Origin: Gammaproteobacteria bacterium
GTDB lineage: Bacteria; Pseudomonadota; Gammaproteobacteria; Ga0077536
Length of the DNA: 64,000 nucleotides
Assembly (NCBI GenBank): GCA_030830685.1
Contig: JAURMM010000021.1
Coordinates: 2,462-66,461, forward strand
Direction of reading: 5' to 3'
Shown here: in pieces, positions 31,652 through 38,257 of the stretch
Numbering within the stretch: position 1 is the first letter of the stretch
Layout: each line of letters opens with the position of its first letter
Translations under genes and position numbers: made by a program
The notes under the pieces: generated by a model
Told to the model about the DNA's origin: nothing
What the model saw: the letters and a program-made list of their open reading frames with translations, nothing else
Database searches by the model: none

Positions 31652-32365
31652 TTGGGCGATAGGCCGTTGGAGGGATGTGTGGACGAGCGGACTTTTGAGA
31701 ACCGACGTGCCGCAGGACGAGCCTTGGCTGAAGTGATGAGGCGTTGGGCGAGCGCGCCGGACACCCTCATGCTTGCCCTACCCAGAGGCGGGGTTCCGGT
31801 TGCACACGAATTGGGGCTGGCCCTCGGACTGCCCCTAGACGTCTTCATCGTGCGCAAACTGGGGGTCCCCGGACAGCCAGAGGTTGCCATGGGTGCGGTC
31901 GCGAGCGGCGGCGCCTGTCTGCTCAATCGCTCAATGATCAACTGGCTGGATATCAGCCCCGAGGCACTGGCGGAGGAAACCGCCACAGAACAGCGGGAGC
32001 TCGCGCGAAGGGAGCGTGTCTACCGAGGCCAGCGCCCCCCTGCCGACTACAAGGGCAAGACAGTCATTCTGGTTGACGATGGCGTGGCTACAGGCGCCAG
32101 CATGCGGGTGGCCGTTTCAGCCTTGCGCAGGGCTGGCGCAGCCAGGATCGTAGTGGCCATACCGGTCGCCCCACGCGACGCACTTGCTCAACTCGAGGAA
32201 GAAGCGGATGAGATCGTGTGCCTCGTAATCCCGCGTATCTTCGCGGCGGTCGGTCAGTTCTACGAAGATTTCACCCAGATTTCCGACGAGCAGGTCATTG
32301 CTGACCTTGCCGCGCATGATGCAACGCTGACGAGTGCCAATTTGCGTGCCGGGGATCCAGGCTGA
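31652..32365 (+). CDS. Phosphoribosyltransferase family protein
   Basis: The sequence FENRRAAGRALAEVM ... LALPRGGVPVAHELG ... GKTVILVDDGVATGASMR contains a PRPP-binding motif. The likely true start is GTG 31679, 4 nt after GGAGGG. Confidence 0.8.
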   Translation: MGDRPLEGCVDERTFENRRAAGRALAEVMRRWASAPDTLMLALPRGGVPVAHELGLALGLPLDVFIVRKLGVPGQPEVAMGAVASGGACLLNRSMINWLDISPEALAEETATEQRELARRERVYRGQRPPADYKGKTVILVDDGVATGASMRVAVSALRRAGAARIVVAIPVAPRDALAQLEEEADEIVCLVIPRIFAAVGQFYEDFTQISDEQVIADLAAHDATLTSANLRAGDPG

Positions 32366-32412
32366 TGCAGTTGATCCTGCTTGCGCTCCCGGGCTAGGAG
32401 GTCGCAGGTGCG

Positions 32413-32909
32413 TCAATCGGGAGGCTTCTCGGAGTGACCCCGGGCCGGCTCGAGGAGCGGTTGTTCGAAGATGGCGAACAAAAAACCCGTCCGCTGGATA
32501 GTGTGCGAGGGGCGGACGCCTGTCTGGTGTAGTCTCTGCATCGCGACCCTCAGCGCAGGCGGGACGAAAAGCTCGTCAGCTTGCTGATGCTGCTGGGCGC
32601 GGTGCCATAGAACCACGCCATAGGACGGCCGATGGCATCAAGCATCGGCTCAGGCACTGCCCCGCGATAAACCCAGGGTGCCAGGCGCTGATTGAGACTG
32701 ATCTCTGACTCGCAGTGGATTTTCCGGGTGGCCAATGAGCCGAAATAGACAGACGGACGGAGCACAGGCTTCTTCAGCTTGTAGACAGCTTCCCCAGCCA
32801 TGAACACCCAGGACAGATGGGTCTCTATGACCTCGACCTCGGTTACTAGAGGACGGTAAGTCGAGGCCCTTGCAAGAAACGCGAGCTTGTCTTCGAGACA
32901 TAAGACCAC
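32413..32909 (-). pseudogene. Truncated and frameshifted fragment of a phosphotransferase/AAA-kinase-family gene
   Basis: ORF 32550..32909 carries VEVIETHLSWVFMAGEAVYKLKKPV ... LNQRLAPWVY, the N-terminus of the bifunctional aminoglycoside-phosphotransferase-like/ATP-binding family. The sequence continues in another frame (32413..32616, ALRVAMQRLHQ) and then stops. About 170 aa remain of a family I recall as several hundred aa long. Confidence 0.55.
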
Positions 32910-33065
32910 CGTGAGGAATCCCCTCTCGCACTGTACGCACAGTGGCTGTCATCCTGCCGCAGGCAGTCCGTCGAGCGGAATGAAATTTCACCCCGCACGG
33001 AATGCGAGCGGGGTGAGGCGCGGTAATCCTGTCTGGAGGGTCCGCCAGGAAGGTGTTCGTTGTGA

Positions 33066-35216
33066 CTAGAAGGCAAACTCCACACCGCCCTGCACCAACA
33101 ACGGCATGCCCACGCGAATGCCTCGCGTGCGATCGACGACGTAGTCACGGTCAGCCAGGTTCTTGGCGGTGAGGAAAAGCGACGCTCCCCAGCGCTGCAA
33201 GGGGTAAGTCGCCGCGGCGTTGAAAATGAGGTTGGACTTGATGAGCCCGACCTGACCGTTGCCGTCGAAACTGGCGGCTTCCGTGTTGGCGAAGTCCGCG
33301 TATTGCGAGCCGACGTAAACGGCTTCCAGGCGGAGATCGAGGCCATTCTCGAGGGTGATGCCGAGCGTGGTCGTGGACAGGTTTTCAGGTGCGTAGGGGA
33401 GTCTCAGCCCCGGACGCGAGTTCTGCACGACGGTGCCCGAGGCGACCTCAGTCACTGCGGTCGTCTGCTCGGCCGTTGGCAGCCAAGTATAAGCTGCCTG
33501 AAGGTAGACGTTATGACGAGTGCTCATGAGCGCGTGGCTGTCCAAGCGCAAAAACAGTTCCAATCCTTCGTAGAGCGTCTCACCCTGTGCCAAGGGGGTA
33601 CTGCCACCCGCAATCGAGCCGACCATGATCTGGTTGTCAAAATCGTTGCGGAACAAGGTGCTCTCCACGCGAGCACCGGGCAAGGGCTCCGCCCTGAAAC
33701 CGAGTTCCGCATTGAGACTTTCTTCCGCGTCCACATCAGTGAAGGTTGCGCTGAGTCCAGAGGTTCCGATGAGGTCCTCAGTCCTCGGCGGCGCAAATCC
33801 TTTGTGCACACCGCCGAACAGGGTCAGTGTTTCCAACGGATTGAAAGTCATCCCCACACCCGGGATCACTTCCGCGAGATCATCGTCACCCTCAGTGCCA
33901 TTGATTCCATTCGCCCGGATGTTTTCAACGTATTCGACGCGGAATCCCGGCGTGAGCGTGAACTGACCAAGAAAGAACCTGTTCTGGGCGAACAGTGAAT
34001 AGGCATCAACATCCCGTTCGTTGTCTTCGGCCAGCGTCTGCCCCCCGCGCACGGTTGGCTGCGTACCGTTGAGCTGTACCCTGTCCTGCATTTCGAAATG
34101 GGCACGCACACCTGTCTGAAACTCGTTGCGGATACCAAACATCGTGTAGTCGGCCAACAAGCGCGGCTCAACGCCGTAGGTGTAGTAGCTGCGCAAGCGT
34201 CCCTGCGTGGAATTGCAGGTATCCGGATCAACGCGTTCACCCGCAAGGCGCGCATTGATGAAGCCTACGCCACACTGCGAGTCCGTCGTCGTACTCGACT
34301 GGCGCCACCATTCGCGATTGAAGTGGGTGAAGTAGAAGTTGGTAGTCAGGACCACCGCATCATTGAAGGCGATCTCATGACTGGCCGATGCACCCCAGCG
34401 GTCGGTGGTGAATTGGTTATTCTTGAACGGATTGTAGCGATAGCCAAAGTTACGAAGTTCCGCATCCGTCAGTCCCGTATAGGACACCTGCGAGTCTTCA
34501 CCGAAATAGCTCGCCTTGAGGGTGACCGCCTGGTTGGCAGTGAGGTTGAAAACACCCTTCAGGGCAACGTCATTCATCTCGGAGTTTTCATTGTCACGCG
34601 ATCCATCAGACTGCTTGTGTGCGAAATTGAGGAGCATGCCTTTGCCACCAAGCGAGAGACCGCCATTGAAGTAGTTGCGGTTACCTCCGGAGAGGTTTAC
34701 CCGCCCGCCGAATTCCTGCGGCGGCGTGGGCGTGATGTAGTTCAGCACGCCGCCTATCGTCTGCGGCCCGAACAGTATCTGCTCCGAGCCTTTCAGAATC
34801 TCGATGCTTTCGAAGCGTTCGATCGGTGGATGGTAGTAGCTCGAATTGTCCCCGTAGGGCGCATAGGCGAGAGGCAAGCCGTCTTCGAGCAGGAGCACCT
34901 TGGTAGAGCGGGTGGGGTTCAGTCCGCGCAGACCGATGTTCGGACGCAGGCCAATGCCCTCCTCTTCGCGCACATTGATCCCGGGCATCTTGCGCAGCGC
35001 CTCATTGACCGTGAAAGCGTGACTCTGCGTGATTTCCTTGTTGTCGATGATGGATGCCGAGCCTGCGATGTCGGGCAAACGATTGGAGCTGCCAACAACC
35101 TCCACAGTAGGCAGGCGACCCGTGACGGTGGCACCGTCTGCAGTGGCGGGTAGTGCGTGCGCCACGCAGGTCAACACGACAAGGGCGGGAAGGTGTTCAG
35201 AGAGCTGCGGCTTCAT
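33066..35216 (-). CDS. TonB-dependent outer-membrane receptor
   Basis: It has a signal peptide, a TonB-box-like LPTVEVVG, a plug domain (NVREEEGIGLRPNIGLRGLNP), a beta-barrel, and a C-terminal aromatic residue (VEFAF). Confidence 0.9.
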   Translation of the reverse strand: MKPQLSEHLPALVVLTCVAHALPATADGATVTGRLPTVEVVGSSNRLPDIAGSASIIDNKEITQSHAFTVNEALRKMPGINVREEEGIGLRPNIGLRGLNPTRSTKVLLLEDGLPLAYAPYGDNSSYYHPPIERFESIEILKGSEQILFGPQTIGGVLNYITPTPPQEFGGRVNLSGGNRNYFNGGLSLGGKGMLLNFAHKQSDGSRDNENSEMNDVALKGVFNLTANQAVTLKASYFGEDSQVSYTGLTDAELRNFGYRYNPFKNNQFTTDRWGASASHEIAFNDAVVLTTNFYFTHFNREWWRQSSTTTDSQCGVGFINARLAGERVDPDTCNSTQGRLRSYYTYGVEPRLLADYTMFGIRNEFQTGVRAHFEMQDRVQLNGTQPTVRGGQTLAEDNERDVDAYSLFAQNRFFLGQFTLTPGFRVEYVENIRANGINGTEGDDDLAEVIPGVGMTFNPLETLTLFGGVHKGFAPPRTEDLIGTSGLSATFTDVDAEESLNAELGFRAEPLPGARVESTLFRNDFDNQIMVGSIAGGSTPLAQGETLYEGLELFLRLDSHALMSTRHNVYLQAAYTWLPTAEQTTAVTEVASGTVVQNSRPGLRLPYAPENLSTTTLGITLENGLDLRLEAVYVGSQYADFANTEAASFDGNGQVGLIKSNLIFNAAATYPLQRWGASLFLTAKNLADRDYVVDRTRGIRVGMPLLVQGGVEFAF

Positions 35217-35252
35217 CGGGTAACGGTCCTGCGGAGTAGAGAGTAATCTTAG

Positions 35253-35267
35253 TGAGAAACATTCTCA
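35253..35267. promoter_or_regulatory. Fur-box-like palindrome upstream of the TonB-dependent receptor gene
   Basis: TGAGAA-ACA-TTCTCA is a perfect 6-3-6 inverted repeat lying 37-51 nt upstream of the receptor ATG. It resembles the TGATAAT-N-ATTATCA Fur core. Confidence 0.45.
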
Positions 35268-35418
35268 TTTCATAAACTCCACGTGTCAACGGGTTTTTTT
35301 GCTTCACTTGCGGGAAACACAGGCGTACGCTGGATTTCCGCGTTCCGCCCCGCGGGAGGGCGTTCGCCATGCCCCGTCAACAGGTCTCCCGCCCCTATTC
35401 AAAGACTGGAGGAACGCC

Positions 35419-36138
35419 ATGAGAGAACCCATCGTCCGCTTGTTCATCAGCGCAAGTCAGGCGCAGAATGCGGCAGCGGCCCTGCTTGCCGCGCAATTTG
35501 CGCCTGGTCGCGTGCACCTCGTGAGCGCGCCTAGTCCCTCCGATCACGCATCCCTGGATGAAATCACAGCCTCGGTGATGGCGGGCTACGTGCTGCGCTC
35601 GCGCGCCAGGGTCCTTGCCGAGAGAATTCTGGGTGGCTGCTCTCTTGTGGTCGTCCACCCGCCGTTCGGAAGCGCAGGTCTCGCTATCCGGACCTTGGAG
35701 TCGTTTGGTGCTACGGAGAGTGGACTGGCCAGCGCCGTTGAGCCAAGTCGAGCCTGGGATGAGGCAGCCCCTCTGTCCTCAGCCTTGGCGCTGCCGGTCC
35801 GTTGGAACCAGCCTACGCCGCTGTCGAACATGCTCTGCCTCCCTGCCTTGAAGAAATCCCGCCCAGGCTTCCTGGGAGACCTGTACCCCCACACGCTCAG
35901 CATGTCCGACGTCATCGGAATGCCAGTGCTGTGCTCCGTCGGGGCTCCCCTGTCCCGGCTGCTGGGTCTCAAGCTGCTGAAGCAAGGCGCAGCCCCGCTT
36001 TCATCGACGCTCGGCCTGAAGCTCCTGCGACAGGGTGCAGCCCCGCTTTCCAAGGCTCTCGGCCTCAAGCTCCTTAGCCGCAACCCTGCGCCCCTTTCCT
36101 CTCTCTTTGGGCTTCCCGCCCTCTGCCGCGCCGGCTGA
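35419..36138 (+). CDS. Hypothetical protein with C-terminal 16-aa tandem repeats (APLSxxLGLKLLxxG)
   Basis: ATG 35419 is preceded by GGAGGAA. The N-terminal domain is about 110 aa. It is followed by about 6 copies of a [AT]PLS-x2-L-x-L-[KP]-x-L motif. I recognise no family for it. Confidence 0.6.
   Translation: MREPIVRLFISASQAQNAAAALLAAQFAPGRVHLVSAPSPSDHASLDEITASVMAGYVLRSRARVLAERILGGCSLVVVHPPFGSAGLAIRTLESFGATESGLASAVEPSRAWDEAAPLSSALALPVRWNQPTPLSNMLCLPALKKSRPGFLGDLYPHTLSMSDVIGMPVLCSVGAPLSRLLGLKLLKQGAAPLSSTLGLKLLRQGAAPLSKALGLKLLSRNPAPLSSLFGLPALCRAG
35941..36135 (+). repeat. 48-nt in-frame tandem repeat (3 full copies plus 1 degenerate copy)
   Basis: The units are 35941-35988 (GAPLSRLLGLKLLKQG), 35989-36036 (AAPLSSTLGLKLLRQG), 36037-36084 (AAPLSKALGLKLLSRN), then PAPLSSLFGLPALCRAG. 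More degenerate copies lie upstream (APLSSALALPV, TPLSNMLCLPAL). Confidence 0.85.
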
Positions 36139-36148
36139 GACTGCCTCG

Positions 36149-36169
36149 AAGGGGCGCTGCGCGCCCCTT
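36149..36169 (+). terminator. Putative intrinsic terminator hairpin after the repeat-protein gene
   Basis: AAGGGGCGC-TGC-GCGCCCCTT forms a 9-bp GC-rich stem 11 nt after the stop codon. It is followed by TCCTCC, a pyrimidine tail that is not a clean U-run. Confidence 0.45.
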
Positions 36170-36247
36170 TCCTCCTGCCTGCTCCAAACTGCCCCCCGTG
36201 CGGGTGAGGTGTACGCGCGCCTGAATCGTTTGTTGCTTGCCTCGATT

Positions 36248-36301
36248 TGTCAGTTTTTGTTTACAGTTTTGTTTGACATTCAAAATTGACACTTCTAGAG
36301 T
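36248..36301 (+). promoter_or_regulatory. puc promoter region with two PpsR/CrtJ-type palindromes
   Basis: Site 1 is TGT-cagtttttgttt-ACA (36248-36265, a perfect TGT-N12-ACA). Site 2 is TGA-cattcaaaattg-ACA (36274-36291, one mismatch). They are 8 bp apart. One candidate sigma70 promoter is TTGACA (36273-78), 17 bp, TAGAGT (36296-301). An alternative is TTTACA (36260-65), 15 bp, CAAAAT (36281-86). Confidence 0.55.
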
Positions 36302-36399
36302 GACCCTGCCCGGAATGGGGGTTTCTTGATGCCCTTACCAGGCACCGCGCGTTGCTCCCGCGACGGGCGGAAAACAAATGCTTATCTGAGGAGGATGGC

Positions 36400-36570
36400 A
36401 TGGCTATGGCTAATGACCTTGACGATCCGAACAGGGTTTGGCCCACCGGCTTGACAATTGGCGAGTCGGAGGAGCTGCACAAGCACGTCATTGATGGAGC
36501 GCGCGTGTTTTTTGCGATCTCCGTGGTGGCGCATATCCTGGCGTACGTCTACACCCCGTGGTTTGGTTAG
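36400..36570 (+). CDS. pucB: Light-harvesting complex 2 (peripheral antenna) beta polypeptide
   Basis: [35 protein letters not shown] aligns with LH2 beta chains (for example Rps. acidophila [35 protein letters not shown]), including both His residues and the Arg after DG. ATG 36400 lies 5 nt after GAGGAGGA; a second in-frame ATG is at 36406. Confidence 0.9.
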   Translation: MAMANDLDDPNRVWPTGLTIGESEELHKHVIDGARVFFAISVVAHILAYVYTPWFG

Positions 36571-36582
36571 GAGGGCACACAG

Positions 36583-36729
36583 ATGAACCAAGGAAGAATC
36601 TGGTGCGTGGTGAAACCGACAGTCGGTCTGCCGCTTTTTCTGGGCACCGTGCTGGTGATTTCGCTGCTTGTGCACCTTGCAGTGCTGACCAATACCACCT
36701 GGTTCTCGGCCTTCCTTCAGGGGGGTTGA
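36583..36729 (+). CDS. pucA: Light-harvesting complex 2 (peripheral antenna) alpha polypeptide
   Basis: This gene is absent from the ORF track because it has only 49 codons. ATG 36583 lies 7 nt after GGAGGG. The translation [48 protein letters not shown] aligns without gaps to Rps. acidophila LH2 alpha ([48 protein letters not shown]...). The BChl-ligand His31 is conserved. Confidence 0.9.
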   Translation: MNQGRIWCVVKPTVGLPLFLGTVLVISLLVHLAVLTNTTWFSAFLQGG

Positions 36730-36763
36730 GTGCCGGACCCGTTGGCGCAAGCTGGCGGTTCCC

Positions 36764-36808
36764 GGACAGTACCGGCCCTGAGGAATCAGGTGCCGGTGCC
36801 GTCTGTCC
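36764..36808 (+). promoter_or_regulatory. Intercistronic pucA-pucC stem-loop
   Basis: GGACAG-T-ACCGGC-CCTGA-GGAA-TCAGG-T-GCCGGT-GCCGT-CTGTCC forms 17 bp in three stacked helices capped by a GGAA tetraloop. No U-run follows. Confidence 0.55.
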
Positions 36809-36826
36809 ATCAAAAGTCTTTCTGAC

Positions 36827-38257
36827 ATGAGCAAGACTGACGCCAGCCGATTCCGGCTGTGGCTCGCGAACAGTCCCCGCTTTCTTCCCTTTGCCGATGT
36901 CGCAACACCGGACCTTCCGCTGCCGCGCCTGCTCCGGCTGTCGCTCTTCCAGATTTCGGTCGGCATGTCGCTGGTGCTGCTCGTCGGCACCTTGAATCGC
37001 GTGATGATCGTTGAACTGGGAGTGCCGGCGAGCCTGGTCGGTCTGATGATCTCGATGCCCGTCCTGTTCGCGCCGCTGCGAGCTTTGATCGGTTTTCGAT
37101 CTGACCACCACCGATGTGCGCTCGGCTGGCGCCGGGTGCCCTATCTTTGGCAGGGCAGCCTGCTGCAATTCGGGGGATTCGCAATCATGCCTTTTGCCCT
37201 GCTCGTGCTGGGCGGGGCGGGCCATGCCGCTGAGGCGCCGGTCTGGATTGGTCGATTGTCTGCCGCTCTTGCTTTCATGCTGGTTGGGGCGGGCATCCAT
37301 GTGGTGCAAACCGTCGGCCTGGCACTCGCGACAGACCTCACGGTGCACGAATCCCATCCGCGAGTTGTCGGTTTGATGTATGTGATGTTGCTGCTGGGAA
37401 TGCTCGGCAGTGCGCTCTTGTTCGGACATGCTCTGGAGGATTTCTCACCGGGCCGGCTGGTGCAGGTGATTCAAACAGCCGCAGTGACCGGGCTCGCGCT
37501 CAATGCCATTGCGTTGTGGAAGCAGGAGCCTCGCCAATCGCGGCGACCGACCTCATCACCAGCCCCTGCCCCGTCGTTCAGGAGCACGTGGCTGCAGTTG
37601 CTTGAAACGGGTAACACGTTCAGGGCTTTGTTCATCGTGGGCGTTGGCACGCTCGCCTTCAGCATGGCGGACATTCTTCTGGAACCTTTCGGCGGGCAGA
37701 TTCTGGGGATGGCAGTCTCTGCGACCACGCGCCTGACCGCACTGCTGGCAGGTGGCGGCCTGGTCGGTTTTGCTTTTGCTTCACATGTGCTGAGCAAGGG
37801 TGGTTCACCCCTCAAAATGGCACTGGCAGGCGCCCTGTTGGGCATCCCGGCCTTCATGGCGGTGATTGTCGCGGCGAGTCTCCAGTCCCCGATGATCTTC
37901 CTGCTCGGCAATCTGTTCATAGGCTTCAGCGGCGCGCTATTCGGCCACGGCACGCTGACGGCGACCATGCAGAGTGCGCCTGAGGAACATAACGGGCTCG
38001 CGCTCGGGGCCTGGGGCGCCGTACAGGCCACGGCCGCCGGCGTAGGCGTTGCCAGCAGCGGCATCCTGCGGGACATGGTCAACCTCGTGGCACCAGAGGT
38101 GCAGCTTGTGCCAACCTCGGGTGCCAACGGATATCTTGCCGTATACCTCATCGAGGCTTCGCTGCTGGTCTTGACGGTGGCGGTGTTGCTCCCGCTCGTT
38201 TACCGAAGCAACGAATTGCACACTGGCCGCCGTGCTCACCTGCACCATTCGCCATGA
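36827..38257 (+). CDS. pucC: PucC / BCD-family MFS protein (LH2 assembly factor)
   Basis: The sequence FLPFADVATPDLPLPRLLRLSLFQISVGMSLVLLVGTLNRVMIVELGVPASLVGLMISMPVLFAPLRALIGFRSDHH is the hallmark N-terminal region of PucC/LhaA. It is a 476-aa polytopic membrane protein. Confidence 0.9.
   Translation: MSKTDASRFRLWLANSPRFLPFADVATPDLPLPRLLRLSLFQISVGMSLVLLVGTLNRVMIVELGVPASLVGLMISMPVLFAPLRALIGFRSDHHRCALGWRRVPYLWQGSLLQFGGFAIMPFALLVLGGAGHAAEAPVWIGRLSAALAFMLVGAGIHVVQTVGLALATDLTVHESHPRVVGLMYVMLLLGMLGSALLFGHALEDFSPGRLVQVIQTAAVTGLALNAIALWKQEPRQSRRPTSSPAPAPSFRSTWLQLLETGNTFRALFIVGVGTLAFSMADILLEPFGGQILGMAVSATTRLTALLAGGGLVGFAFASHVLSKGGSPLKMALAGALLGIPAFMAVIVAASLQSPMIFLLGNLFIGFSGALFGHGTLTATMQSAPEEHNGLALGAWGAVQATAAGVGVASSGILRDMVNLVAPEVQLVPTSGANGYLAVYLIEASLLVLTVAVLLPLVYRSNELHTGRRAHLHHSP

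Noticed and set aside
35941-36135. The 48-nt tandem repeats, considered as a possible CRISPR array or VNTR-type non-coding repeat.
   Set aside because: The units are directly adjacent with no spacers. They are in frame and encode a conserved 16-aa motif within a longer ORF whose upstream part holds degenerate copies of the same motif. This is a coding repeat, not a CRISPR array.
36273-36291. The direct repeat TTGACA-N7-TTGACA, considered as an FNR/FnrL box (TTGAT-N4-ATCAA) or a RegA-type site.
   Set aside because: The second half-site does not match ATCAA in any register. The sequence is better explained as a -35 hexamer plus the second (imperfect) TGT-N12-ACA palindrome.
36382-37429. Minus-strand ORFs (36382..36990 and 36488..37429) covering pucB, pucA and pucC.
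   Set aside because: They are antisense to three genes with strong family matches, and their translations are Arg/Ser/Pro-rich with no recognisable domains.
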